Of a stretch of DNA of 33,439 nt, positions 1 through 7,802 are shown piece by piece. Location: the IMG/VR virus record IMGVR_UViG_3300032335_000208, positions 1-33,439 of that record; one strand, 5' to 3'. The translations under genes and the position numbers were made by a program. The stretch is from a virus (lineage: Duplodnaviria > Caudoviricetes). Positions within the stretch are counted from its first letter, which is position 1. Each line of letters opens with the position of its first letter. The notes beneath the pieces were generated by a model. That model made no database searches and was not told the DNA's origin. It saw nothing but the letters and a program-made list of their open reading frames with translations.

Positions 1-123
1 TCGATGATTCATTCATAGTTAAATGGGCTTTAGAAACATTAGGCTTAGAAGAAAAGAAAATAGTTCCTTTGGAGGAAACTTTAGAAGAAGAAGTTGCACC
101 TGAAATTGAAGGCGAATAATGAA
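1..123. repeat. Terminal direct repeat, left copy (circular assembly overlap)
   Basis: Bases 1-123 are identical to 33317-33439; the repeat falls inside the last ORF and the holin start. Confidence 0.95.
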
Positions 124-433
124 CGATTGGGAAGAGATAGTAATACCAGGAGTAACGGGTTTATTTGGTTCATTAATTACCTGGCTATTTGGTAGAAAGA
201 AAGAAAAAATTGAGGTACAATCTTCCGAGATTACCAACGTTCAAGAAGCAATAAAAATTTGGAGAGAAATGGCAACTGATTTAAAAGCTGAGGTTGCTGA
301 TTTGAAAGATAAAGTGGAATCATTAACAACTGAGATTCATAACCTACGTTCTGAGAATGTAGAATTAAGAGCAAAACTAGATGAAAGTCAACCAAATAAG
401 CCAAAAAGGACTAAACCTAATAAAGAGGTTTGA
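119..433 (+). CDS. Putative holin / lysis-associated membrane protein with coiled coil
   Basis: N-terminal hydrophobic segment (IVIPGVTGLFGSLITWLF) followed by basic residues and a heptad coiled coil; directly upstream of the endolysin. Confidence 0.6.
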   Translation: MNDWEEIVIPGVTGLFGSLITWLFGRKKEKIEVQSSEITNVQEAIKIWREMATDLKAEVADLKDKVESLTTEIHNLRSENVELRAKLDESQPNKPKRTKPNKEV

Positions 434-836
434 GGGAGTTAAACTCAAGCCTTATTTATGTCCCGCTGGTATCCCAACAATATCAATCGGTTGCACTTAT
501 TACGAAGATGGCACAAAGGTTAAAATGACCGATGCACCTATTAGCGAAGCGAGAGCAACCGATATTTTTTTAAATGTTATTAAACATTATGAAAGGAGCG
601 TTGACTCATTTTGTCGTGATGACATTAATCAAAATCAGTTCGACTCATTGGTTTCGATATGTTATAATGTGGGCGCAGGCGCTTTAAAGAAAAGCACATT
701 ATTAAAGAAAGTAAATGCCGACCCAAATGATAAGTCAATTAAATTAGAATTTTTAAAATGGAATAAGAGTGGAGGCAAAGTTTTAAATGGACTTACCTTA
801 AGAAGACAAGCAGAATCCGAACTTTACTTTTCATGA
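381..836 (+). CDS. Endolysin, phage lysozyme (GH24)
   Basis: LIKRFEG..LKPYLCPAGIPTI catalytic region, NQNQFDSLVSICYNVG, KWNKSGGKVLNGLTLRRQAE. Confidence 0.93.
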   Translation: MKVNQISQKGLNLIKRFEGVKLKPYLCPAGIPTISIGCTYYEDGTKVKMTDAPISEARATDIFLNVIKHYERSVDSFCRDDINQNQFDSLVSICYNVGAGALKKSTLLKKVNADPNDKSIKLEFLKWNKSGGKVLNGLTLRRQAESELYFS

Positions 837-1288
837 AACAACTACTCATTAGTTTGCTAATTGCAAACTTTTTTTATTCTTGTAAGCCACAAAAATCGGT
901 TATAATCGAAAAAGAAAAGATTCGTGTTGACACAATTCACGATTATAAAGTAATAACTAAATTCAATGCGGTATATGATACGCTAATTATTGAGAATCCT
1001 TGCGATTCTACGGGCATCTTAAACACTTTCTATTCAAAGATAACCGTTCCACAAGGCAAGATAATTATAAGGTCTTACAAGGGAAATATTCAAGCAACCG
1101 TAAACATCGATTCAATCGAAAATGTCTATCGAAATATGTACGTTTCAAGTTTGCATACGGATAGTTTATCAACTAATAAAGAAAAAATAACTAATATCAT
1201 TCCAACTTGGTGTATCTTAACCATTATTTTTCAAGGATTGATAATCTTTGGTTACTTATATCTAAGAATATTCCATGTATACAATTGA
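833..1288 (+). CDS. Putative spanin (unimolecular architecture)
   Basis: Lipoprotein-like signal MKQLLISLLIANFFYS-C, C-terminal transmembrane helix, ATGA overlap with the endolysin stop. Confidence 0.65.
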   Translation: MKQLLISLLIANFFYSCKPQKSVIIEKEKIRVDTIHDYKVITKFNAVYDTLIIENPCDSTGILNTFYSKITVPQGKIIIRSYKGNIQATVNIDSIENVYRNMYVSSLHTDSLSTNKEKITNIIPTWCILTIIFQGLIIFGYLYLRIFHVYN

Positions 1289-1466
1289 CATAGAGCCAGT
1301 GGAAAAACCAAAATCAAGAGCAAATGATTTATTGTTTACAATGATGGATGTCTTAGAAAACATTGAACACGTTGATGACGCTGGTTTTGTATTAAGAATG
1401 AAAGTGCTAAACAATATCGAATTTTTGGTCGATGTTTTAATGGAAGAATATGAAAACGGAAGATAA
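1275..1466 (+). CDS. Hypothetical protein
   Basis: 63 aa ORF overlapping both neighbours in an operon-like arrangement. Confidence 0.65.
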   Translation: MYTIDIEPVEKPKSRANDLLFTMMDVLENIEHVDDAGFVLRMKVLNNIEFLVDVLMEEYENGR

Positions 1467-2442
1467 AATATTAAAGATTAAAGAACATTTCTACTCGACA
1501 AATATGAGTAAAAATGATTTTCATAAGCAATTTTATGAGATGTATGGCTACCAAAATGCCGAATCATTAAGAAAGTTTATGATTAAAAAGAATATATTAT
1601 CAAGAGATAGGTCGGCTCAAGAAATTAATAAAGTTATTCCTCCAGTAGTTGCAAACTATAATCTTGATGCGTTAGATAACTTTGGCATCGAAGAAAGCAT
1701 TGGCAAGGAATATGTATCCGCTAAACTGCCAAGCCATTTAAAGAAGATTGGAATACTATCTGACATACATTTTCCTTATCACGACCTTCAGGCATTAACT
1801 TGTGCTATCAAGCATTTAAAGGAGCAAGAGATTGACTGCTTGTATCTGAATGGGGACATCCAAGACTTTTATTCTATTTCTAGGCACGAGAAGGAAAAAG
1901 ATATGCGAGATTTTAAAAGGGAGGTCGATATGAATCGGGATTTCTTGCAAAAGTTAAGGGATATATTTAGAACAATTCCAATTTATTATAAGTTAGGCAA
2001 CCACGAGAATCGATTCGCCAGGTCATTACAATTACAAGCGGAAGAGTTTGCGCAGTTACACGACTTACAATTTGATATATTTTTTAGATTAGATAAGTTA
2101 GGGATTACAATGATTGAAGATTGGCAAGGTATGGAGATGGGCGATTTGTTAGTGATTCACGGTCATGAAGGGTTTGGCACTGGTGGATTAAATCCGAGCC
2201 AATCATTATTTAATAAAATGTTTTGCAATACTTTAATGGGTCACGTTCATAGGAAAACCGTTACAACTAAGAAGAATGGGTTTGGACAATATATTAATAC
2301 TTATTCAACTGGTTGTTTAACATCATTAAACCCTAAGTATATGCCATATAATCAACATACACACGGCTTTGCAATAGTTGAAATTGATAACGGAAAATCA
2401 AAAGTTAATAATATTCAGATAATTAACGGGAAAATTTTGTAA
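1450..2442 (+). CDS. Calcineurin-like metallophosphoesterase
   Basis: Motifs SDIH, NGD, GNHE, HGH and GHVH in canonical order. Confidence 0.88.
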   Translation: MKTEDKILKIKEHFYSTNMSKNDFHKQFYEMYGYQNAESLRKFMIKKNILSRDRSAQEINKVIPPVVANYNLDALDNFGIEESIGKEYVSAKLPSHLKKIGILSDIHFPYHDLQALTCAIKHLKEQEIDCLYLNGDIQDFYSISRHEKEKDMRDFKREVDMNRDFLQKLRDIFRTIPIYYKLGNHENRFARSLQLQAEEFAQLHDLQFDIFFRLDKLGITMIEDWQGMEMGDLLVIHGHEGFGTGGLNPSQSLFNKMFCNTLMGHVHRKTVTTKKNGFGQYINTYSTGCLTSLNPKYMPYNQHTHGFAIVEIDNGKSKVNNIQIINGKIL

Positions 2443-2447
2443 GTTTG
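2440..2447 (+). promoter_or_regulatory. Bacteroidota-type -7 promoter element (TAAGTTTG)
   Basis: Matches TAnnTTTG; no clear -33 TTTG; lies about 45 nt upstream of a terminator hairpin. Confidence 0.4.
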
Positions 2448-2449
2448 TC

Positions 2450-2528
2450 TTTTCATAGTTAGTTTAAGGTTAAATAGGTTTAAGTAAATAGAATCCCTAT
2501 CGGTCATATCGGTGGGGATTTTTGTTTT
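2450..2528 (+). ncRNA. Candidate small RNA antisense to early-gene leaders
   Basis: Non-coding interval between TAnnTTTG and a terminator; contains TTTTCAT, AGTTTAAG and GGTTTAAG, complementary to CTTAAACC...ATGAAAA leaders. Confidence 0.35.
2492..2528 (+). terminator. Rho-independent terminator
   Basis: AATCCCTATCGGT-CAT-ATCGGTGGGGATT stem followed by TTTGTTTT. Confidence 0.8.
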
Positions 2529-2594
2529 ATATGACCGTTAAATAAATAATTAAAATAATTTTATAAAAAGTTTTTTTATTTAAAATATTAGGTA

Positions 2595-2602
2595 TATATT
2601 TG
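2595..2602 (+). promoter_or_regulatory. Early promoter -7 element (TATATTTG)
   Basis: TAnnTTTG in an AT-rich intergenic region 40 nt upstream of ORF 2642. Confidence 0.65.
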
Positions 2603-2641
2603 TATCAACAAACAAGAAAATAAACTTAAACCAATAAAAAA

Positions 2642-2884
2642 ATGACAACTTACAAATCTTACACAACTACTTTTGGAAAATCAGAATGGAGAGTTATTGT
2701 TTCAAATGGCAATAGAAACCAAGTTTCAGTAGCTAAAGTAACTACATTAAGAAGACCATTTTATAAAGACTTTGCTTCATTTGAAAAAGCAATTAAAAAC
2801 TACAAAGACAAGAACGTTAAATTATATTTAGAATTAATTAGTCTTGGATTCATAATTGAAAAATCAACTTTAGTATCTGAATAA
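2642..2884 (+). CDS. Hypothetical early protein
   Basis: 80 aa ORF after the promoter, with an A-rich CTTAAACCAA leader. Confidence 0.7.
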   Translation: MTTYKSYTTTFGKSEWRVIVSNGNRNQVSVAKVTTLRRPFYKDFASFEKAIKNYKDKNVKLYLELISLGFIIEKSTLVSE

Positions 2885-2894
2885 ATAAACCCGA

Positions 2895-2914
2895 GCCGAA
2901 GCGGATTCTTCGGC
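2895..2914 (+). other. Intergenic GC-rich hairpin without U tract
   Basis: GCCGAAG-CGGATT-CTTCGGC, perfect 7-bp stem. Confidence 0.6.
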
Positions 2915-2934
2915 AATCTTAAACCAACAATCAA

Positions 2935-3066
2935 ATGAAAAAAATTATCGAGTTTTTTAAAGACTTTTACCAAACTGACCGAGAAGGTTTACTTGGTAGC
3001 ATTGCAATCGCAATATTTGGATATCTTTTATTTTGGCACATCGTACCTATAATCTCAGGGATATGA
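2935..3066 (+). CDS. Small membrane protein (43 aa; not in ORF track)
   Basis: MKKIIEFFKDFYQTDREGLLGSIAIAIFGYLLFWHIVPIISGI; CTTAAACCAA leader; ATGA overlap with the next ORF. Confidence 0.65.
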   Translation: MKKIIEFFKDFYQTDREGLLGSIAIAIFGYLLFWHIVPIISGI

Positions 3067-3209
3067 AAAAGTATACAGCGAAATTCAAAGATGAAGCTGG
3101 GTTCTATACTTGCACCTGGTTTTGCGAAGGACTTGAGGACTTTTGGTCTAAAGTGTATCGAGAAGAAAGAGTTTACAAATCAAAATTCATAGAGTTAAAC
3201 CAAGACTAA
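3063..3209 (+). CDS. Small hypothetical protein (48 aa; not in ORF track)
   Basis: MKKYTAKFKDEAGFYTCTWFCEGLEDFWSKVYREERVYKSKFIELNQD; fills the gap up to ERF. Confidence 0.6.
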   Translation: MKKYTAKFKDEAGFYTCTWFCEGLEDFWSKVYREERVYKSKFIELNQD

Positions 3210-3211
3210 AA

Positions 3212-3784
3212 ATGGAAAACAAATTAGCAGAAATTCAAGCAAAGGTAAAAGCACCTAAAGGGCAATTCAACTCATTTGGTAAATACAACTACCGAAGTGC
3301 TGAGGACATCCTTGAAGCAGTCAAGCAAGTAGTTAATCCGATGGGTTATTCTATTACGATTAGCGACACGATAATAAACGTAGGCGATAGATATTACATT
3401 AAAGCTACTGCGACTCTCTCAAACGGCAAGGAAACATATTCTACGGATGGCTATGCAAGAGAAGAAGAAAGCAAGAAAGGAATGGATGGAAGTCAGGTAA
3501 CTGGAGCGAGTAGTTCTTATGCTCGAAAGTATGCACTTAACGGACTTTTTGCATTGGATGACACAAAGGATTCAGATGCGACAAATACTCACGGCAAAGA
3601 GGAGGCAAAAAGTTTACAAGTAGAAACTAAGCCATTGCAATATTATAAGACTATAATTGACAGTCTTGATTCAATCGAAGGTTGTAAATCATTTTACAAT
3701 GACTACTTAAATGAGATTAAATCAAATCCAAATATATTACCATTGTTAACAACTAAAAAATTAAGTTTCACAATTAACCAATAA
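3212..3784 (+). CDS. ERF-family single-strand annealing recombinase
   Basis: APKGQFNSFGKYNYRSAEDIL and QVTGASSSYARKYALNGLF..D..D motifs. Confidence 0.9.
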   Translation: MENKLAEIQAKVKAPKGQFNSFGKYNYRSAEDILEAVKQVVNPMGYSITISDTIINVGDRYYIKATATLSNGKETYSTDGYAREEESKKGMDGSQVTGASSSYARKYALNGLFALDDTKDSDATNTHGKEEAKSLQVETKPLQYYKTIIDSLDSIEGCKSFYNDYLNEIKSNPNILPLLTTKKLSFTINQ

Positions 3785-3788
3785 TCAA

Positions 3789-4085
3789 ATGAGCAAATTA
3801 GTAAGCATTTCAATTAACGTAGATTTGTTAGACAAGTCTAAATTGTACAAGGGTAAGAAAGGTACTTACCTTAACATCAGCGGATTCTTAAAAGAAGATG
3901 CTGACAACTACGGAAACTTCGGTTTTGTGACACAAGATGGAGTTAAGACTCCCGAAAGTAATGCGCCAATCTTGGGCAATTTTAAAATTAAAGGAACGGA
4001 AGGGTTTACTGCACAAGCACCTAAGCCAATGCCAGTTTATGATTCTCCAAGTGCTACATTAGTCGAGAACGATTTACCTTTTTAA
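3789..4085 (+). CDS. Putative single-stranded DNA-binding protein
   Basis: Follows ERF; beta-rich core; acidic SSB-like C-terminus ENDLPF. Confidence 0.65.
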   Translation: MSKLVSISINVDLLDKSKLYKGKKGTYLNISGFLKEDADNYGNFGFVTQDGVKTPESNAPILGNFKIKGTEGFTAQAPKPMPVYDSPSATLVENDLPF

Positions 4086-4087
4086 CG

Positions 4088-4585
4088 ATGGAAGAAATAC
4101 AATTTAATCCACAACAATTTGAGATAGGCTTATTCGGTCATAACCCTATTCAAGATATGAGCAAGGCTCAGATTAATCACTTGGTTCATTTGATTAACGA
4201 AGGAGTAAAAGAAGGTGGCAAGGACATAAAGTCTTTGCTTGCAATCGCATCGAAGTACCAGTTGTTATTCTCTGAACTGGAGAAGACATTAAAGGAAAGC
4301 GCAGTCGATGAATTACTTAAATATGACAAAGGTCGATTCGAAGTTCATAACGTTGAGATGCAAGTTGCAGAAGTCGGAACGAAATACGACTTTAGTGCAA
4401 CCAAGCAATGGGTAGATTTACAAGACCAAATCGATGAGTTAAAAGAAAAGCAAAAGGAAGTCGAGAAGTTTTGTAAAGGGATTAAGAATAAGACAATTAC
4501 GGTAGATGAGGAAACTGGCGAATCCTTTGAGTTTTTTCCTCCAGCTAAGTCAAGTACAACATCAATCAAAAAAACAATACTATAA
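4088..4585 (+). CDS. Hypothetical protein (recombination module)
   Basis: 165 aa ORF with a coiled coil and VDEETGE motif, tightly packed with neighbours. Confidence 0.7.
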   Translation: MEEIQFNPQQFEIGLFGHNPIQDMSKAQINHLVHLINEGVKEGGKDIKSLLAIASKYQLLFSELEKTLKESAVDELLKYDKGRFEVHNVEMQVAEVGTKYDFSATKQWVDLQDQIDELKEKQKEVEKFCKGIKNKTITVDEETGESFEFFPPAKSSTTSIKKTIL

Positions 4586-4821
4586 TGATTAAGATAAAAA
4601 AGAGTAATATACATCAGGCAGTTGCCGATAGCTTAAACAAGAAAGGTATCTTGCCATTTAGCGCAAGAGAATGGAATGTTTTGAACGTTCAACAAGTGGT
4701 GTACTGGAATACCAGGAATAGAGAAAGTGGATATGTAAAGTATCCCGAAGTAATGAGAGAAGTTCAACTAATAGCTAAACAAATGCAAGATGAGAAATCA
4801 GGGCAAATCGAACAACTCTAA
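4585..4821 (+). CDS. Hypothetical protein, possibly DNA binding
   Basis: TAATG stop/start coupling; VADSLNKKGILP...W segment. Confidence 0.6.
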   Translation: MIKIKKSNIHQAVADSLNKKGILPFSAREWNVLNVQQVVYWNTRNRESGYVKYPEVMREVQLIAKQMQDEKSGQIEQL

Positions 4822-4909
4822 CGAAACGGCAGAATTTCTCACGATGGTCGGCATCGCTGGAATTATAGCAGTATGGATATTTTATTTAATCGTGGATTTA
4901 TTAAGATGA
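4790..4909 (+). CDS. Small membrane peptide (39 aa; not in ORF track)
   Basis: MRNQGKSNNSNETAEFLTMVGIAGIIAVWIFYLIVDLLR; ATGA overlap with the next ORF. Confidence 0.55.
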   Translation: MRNQGKSNNSNETAEFLTMVGIAGIIAVWIFYLIVDLLR

Positions 4910-5061
4910 AAGAACTAACATTCAACCAATGGCAAGACCATTTGAGTAAGCAATTGCAAAAGGATTACAAGAAATTATATCAAACCTCAAAATTTAAACC
5001 AAATGAAAACAAGTTTCAAAAAGTATCACGAAGAGAATCCTCAGATTTACATAGAGTTTAA
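4906..5061 (+). CDS. Hypothetical protein
   Basis: Probable start at ATG 4906 (MKELTFNQWQ), coupled to the upstream stop. Confidence 0.55.
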   Translation: MKELTFNQWQDHLSKQLQKDYKKLYQTSKFKPNENKFQKVSRRESSDLHRV

Positions 5062-5269
5062 GCGCTTGGCATATCAGCTAATCAATCGAGGATATGTAAG
5101 GCTCGGAGCAAAGCAGATATTCGAAGTCATCCGATGGCATACAATGGTCGAAGGGAATGATAGGTACAAAGTCAATAATAATTTCACTTCTGACTATGCA
5201 AGGTTATTTGAAAACGACCATCCGATTTATGCTGGATATTTTCTTAAAAGGCTTTGCAAATCGGTTTAG
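5003..5269 (+). CDS. Hypothetical protein
   Basis: 88 aa ORF, FKKYHEENPQIY...YKVNNNFTSDYARLF; TTAAACCAA leader. Confidence 0.7.
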   Translation: MKTSFKKYHEENPQIYIEFKRLAYQLINRGYVRLGAKQIFEVIRWHTMVEGNDRYKVNNNFTSDYARLFENDHPIYAGYFLKRLCKSV

Positions 5270-5283
5270 TTTTTTTATATTTG
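5253..5283 (+). promoter_or_regulatory. Bacteroidota housekeeping promoter for the replication operon
   Basis: TTTG (5253-5256), 19-nt spacer, TATATTTG (5276-5283). Confidence 0.75.
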
Positions 5284-5289
5284 TAAACA

Positions 5290-5384
5290 ATCGCCTCACT
5301 ACATTATAGCGATAAAAAGTCTTAAATGCCTTGTATTGAAATTGGAAGTAGTGAGCCAATGGATTTATGAGGCATTTTTATTTT
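5290..5384 (+). ncRNA. Structured leader RNA: two hairpins with complementary loops, then a U tract
   Basis: ATCGC/GCGAT hairpin with loop CTCACTAC; AAATGCCT..ATTGG/CCAAT..AGGCATTT hairpin with loop GTAGTGAG. Confidence 0.6.
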
Positions 5385-5392
5385 AATATATT

Positions 5393-6055
5393 ATGGGAAA
5401 ATTAATTATTAAAAATAGGTACGGAACGATACCTAATGATTTGCTTAATAGCATTCATATTTCTTTTAAGGCAAAAGGTATGTATGCCTATATTCAATCA
5501 AAGCCTGACAACTGGGAGTTTTCTGCTGAACGTATTTCTAAACAAGTAAAGGAAGGTTTACCAAGTGTAATTTCTGCCTTAAAAGAATTGGAAAATTTTG
5601 GGTATTTAGCACGAAATAGATACCAAAATAATAAAGGTTTTTGGGTTGTTGAGTACCTACTATATGAAATTCCTATTGAGGAAAACCTAATAATAGGAAA
5701 ACCTAATGAGGAAAATCCTATTATAGGAAAACAATCAAATAATAGTAATAAAGATTATAGTAAAAAAGAAGATAATATATATACTAATAATAAAGAAAGA
5801 GTAGTAAAAGCAAGTTTTTCTGAAATGGTTTCTCCACACCTTCACGAATTAAAAGATGAATACTCAAACTTTTTTTATTATTGGACTGAAAAAAATATTC
5901 AAGGTAAAGAAAGATGGGAATGTCAAAAGTTTTTTGAAATTAGTCGCAGAGTAAAAACTTGGATGCAAAACAAAACTAAATTTAGCAACAATGGAAATAC
6001 AACTGAGAAACTCGGAACAAGTGCCGCAAGAATGGAAGCCTTACGGAAGTGGTAA
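5393..6055 (+). CDS. Phage replication initiator (N-terminal HTH)
   Basis: TIPNDLL...SFKAKGMYAYIQSKPDNWEFS...LKELENFGYL; central repeated linker; C-terminal FFYYW..W domain. Confidence 0.75.
   Translation: MGKLIIKNRYGTIPNDLLNSIHISFKAKGMYAYIQSKPDNWEFSAERISKQVKEGLPSVISALKELENFGYLARNRYQNNKGFWVVEYLLYEIPIEENLIIGKPNEENPIIGKQSNNSNKDYSKKEDNIYTNNKERVVKASFSEMVSPHLHELKDEYSNFFYYWTEKNIQGKERWECQKFFEISRRVKTWMQNKTKFSNNGNTTEKLGTSAARMEALRKW
5679..5800 (+). repeat. Putative replication origin: iterons plus AT-rich tract inside the initiator gene
   Basis: AGGAAAACCTAAT at 5679 and 5695, variants AGGAAAATCCTAT at 5709 and AGGAAAAC at 5725, followed by an AT-rich stretch. Confidence 0.65.
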
Positions 6056-6740
6056 TGCAATTGCAATAAGACAAGCACAAAGTTCCATTACTTTGCGTGT
6101 AAGTAACGAAGATACTATAAAGCAAGCATTACGTTACTCGATGCTTTTGGTTGGCTTACGAGGAAGCAATCTACCTACCGAAGAAGAAAAGTTTGTATTA
6201 ACCAATTTTGTTAAATCAAATTTTGGTAATAATACTTGCGAAGAAATAAAATTAGCCTTTGAAATGGCAGTTGCTGGAAAGTTAAATATCGATTCTAAAT
6301 GCTACGAAAATTTTTCTTGTGAATACTTTGGAAGAATTATGAGTGCTTATTTAGAATTTGCAAGACAAGAGATTAAAAACTTACCTAAACCCATTGAACA
6401 AGTGAAAGAAAAACCAAGTGACCAAGAATTAATGAAACAAGCGATTGACACGGCTAACGAGTATGCTAATCAGATTAGATACTGCGAAAAGAACGATAAG
6501 AAATTTAATTTTATCGCTGGAGGTTTATCAATTCTATTTGATTACTTGGAGCAATTTAAGATTCAGACAATTTCAAAAGAAGAAAGAATTGAATTATGGA
6601 ATAAATATGCTGGTATTCAGGATATTGAGGAAAGAAAAATGCATTGCAAAACTCAAGGTTATATTAAATTTATAAATTCTTTAGTTACATTTGATTGTCA
6701 TATTGATAATGATGGAACTATTAAACCAAATGAAAAATGA
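5991..6740 (+). CDS. Replication-associated protein (possible helicase loader/inhibitor)
   Basis: Directly downstream of the initiator; EEIKLAFEMA motif; function inferred from position only. Confidence 0.5.
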   Translation: MEIQLRNSEQVPQEWKPYGSGNAIAIRQAQSSITLRVSNEDTIKQALRYSMLLVGLRGSNLPTEEEKFVLTNFVKSNFGNNTCEEIKLAFEMAVAGKLNIDSKCYENFSCEYFGRIMSAYLEFARQEIKNLPKPIEQVKEKPSDQELMKQAIDTANEYANQIRYCEKNDKKFNFIAGGLSILFDYLEQFKIQTISKEERIELWNKYAGIQDIEERKMHCKTQGYIKFINSLVTFDCHIDNDGTIKPNEK

Positions 6741-6946
6741 AAAGAAAACTAATTTACGGAACTGCGCTGGCTTTAATTTGCTATGCTTATTATTGTGCGA
6801 TTAAAAATAATCGGACATTACAAAAAAAATCAGTCATTGCAAAAGACTGGGGAATAGTAACTCAAGAGGATATTTATCCAGACTCAATTGATTTAAGACT
6901 TTACACAAGTCACGGAAGACTAAAATATAATAGCAATGAGAAATAA
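6737..6946 (+). CDS. Hypothetical protein with N-terminal membrane anchor
   Basis: MKRKLIYGTALALICYAYY; ATGA overlap. Confidence 0.65.
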   Translation: MKRKLIYGTALALICYAYYCAIKNNRTLQKKSVIAKDWGIVTQEDIYPDSIDLRLYTSHGRLKYNSNEK

Positions 6947-7214
6947 TAAGATAATGAAAAAATATAGAATAATAGAAATTAAAGAACCAGATATTATAAA
7001 AGTTTCTGAAATAGGTTGTTTACCTTATATGCGTCAAATAGGATACAGAGTGAAGTATAAAATTGAAGAGCTAAAAGAAGTAAAACTTTTTCCTTGGGGT
7101 AAAAGAAAAGAATGGGTTGATATTGGAAACTATTATGAAAAAATAGAAAACGCTGAATTTGATATTAAATTTTTTCAAACAGAATCAGTTAGGACTATAA
7201 TCAAAGAATACTAA
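6936..7214 (+). CDS. Hypothetical protein
   Basis: 92 aa ORF coupled to the next gene by TAATG. Confidence 0.6.
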   Translation: MRNNKIMKKYRIIEIKEPDIIKVSEIGCLPYMRQIGYRVKYKIEELKEVKLFPWGKRKEWVDIGNYYEKIENAEFDIKFFQTESVRTIIKEY

Positions 7215-7513
7215 TGAAAAATAAACAAACAGCAGTAGATTGGTTGGTAGAACAAATCTTGGTAAAATTTGAGGATCACATGAATGATGACTATGAAATT
7301 GATTATAGTAAGCCACCTACCCTTAAATTTTACAATGCATTTATTGATTCAACAGATTTATCTGAATATGTCAATAAAGCCAAACAAATGGAGAAAGAGC
7401 AGATAAAAGATGCTTGGGATAAAGGAGATTATTGCATTGACTTACCCGATGGTAGCTGGAAACAAAAATATGAATCAGGCGAACAATATTACAACGAAAC
7501 TTATGGAAAATAA
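7214..7513 (+). CDS. Small cassette protein, paralog 1 (KQTAVDWL...EKEQIKDAW...EQYYNETYGK)
   Basis: Shares two exact DNA boxes with the next ORF. Confidence 0.75.
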   Translation: MKNKQTAVDWLVEQILVKFEDHMNDDYEIDYSKPPTLKFYNAFIDSTDLSEYVNKAKQMEKEQIKDAWDKGDYCIDLPDGSWKQKYESGEQYYNETYGK

Positions 7514-7748
7514 AACAGCAATGCAAGAATTAATCCATTGGCTAAAAAGCGGATGGAAAGATGAGGATGTAGATACGGTAATAAAAAAGGCAGGGATGCT
7601 ATTAGGAAAAGAAAAATATCAGATAAAAGATGCTTGGGAAAACGGATTTATGTCAACTGGCGAAGGATGGAATGGAGAAATTCCACCTGAATGTCACGGA
7701 CAAGTTTTAGATACAGAACAATATTACAACGAAACTTATGGCAAATAA
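7503..7748 (+). CDS. Small cassette protein, paralog 2 (KTAMQELI...EKYQIKDAW...EQYYNETYGK)
   Basis: Probable start ATG 7503 (MENKTA) rather than 7410; paralogous to 7214-7513. Confidence 0.7.
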   Translation: MENKTAMQELIHWLKSGWKDEDVDTVIKKAGMLLGKEKYQIKDAWENGFMSTGEGWNGEIPPECHGQVLDTEQYYNETYGK

Positions 7749-7754
7749 AAAAAC

Positions 7755-7802
7755 AAAGTAAATCTATAAATTGACAAATTTAGATAAAAAGTAAATCTAT
7801 AA
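7755..7802 (+). repeat. 15-bp direct repeat, period 33
   Basis: AAAGTAAATCTATAA at 7755-7769 and 7788-7802. Confidence 0.8.

Noticed and set aside
1-123. Terminal repeat as a biological direct terminal repeat
   Set aside because: It starts mid-gene and is most simply an assembler overlap of a circular or permuted contig; read-end analysis would be needed
7410-7502. Long N-terminus for the ORF ending at 7748
   Set aside because: It overlaps the upstream paralog; homology between the paralogs points to the start at 7503
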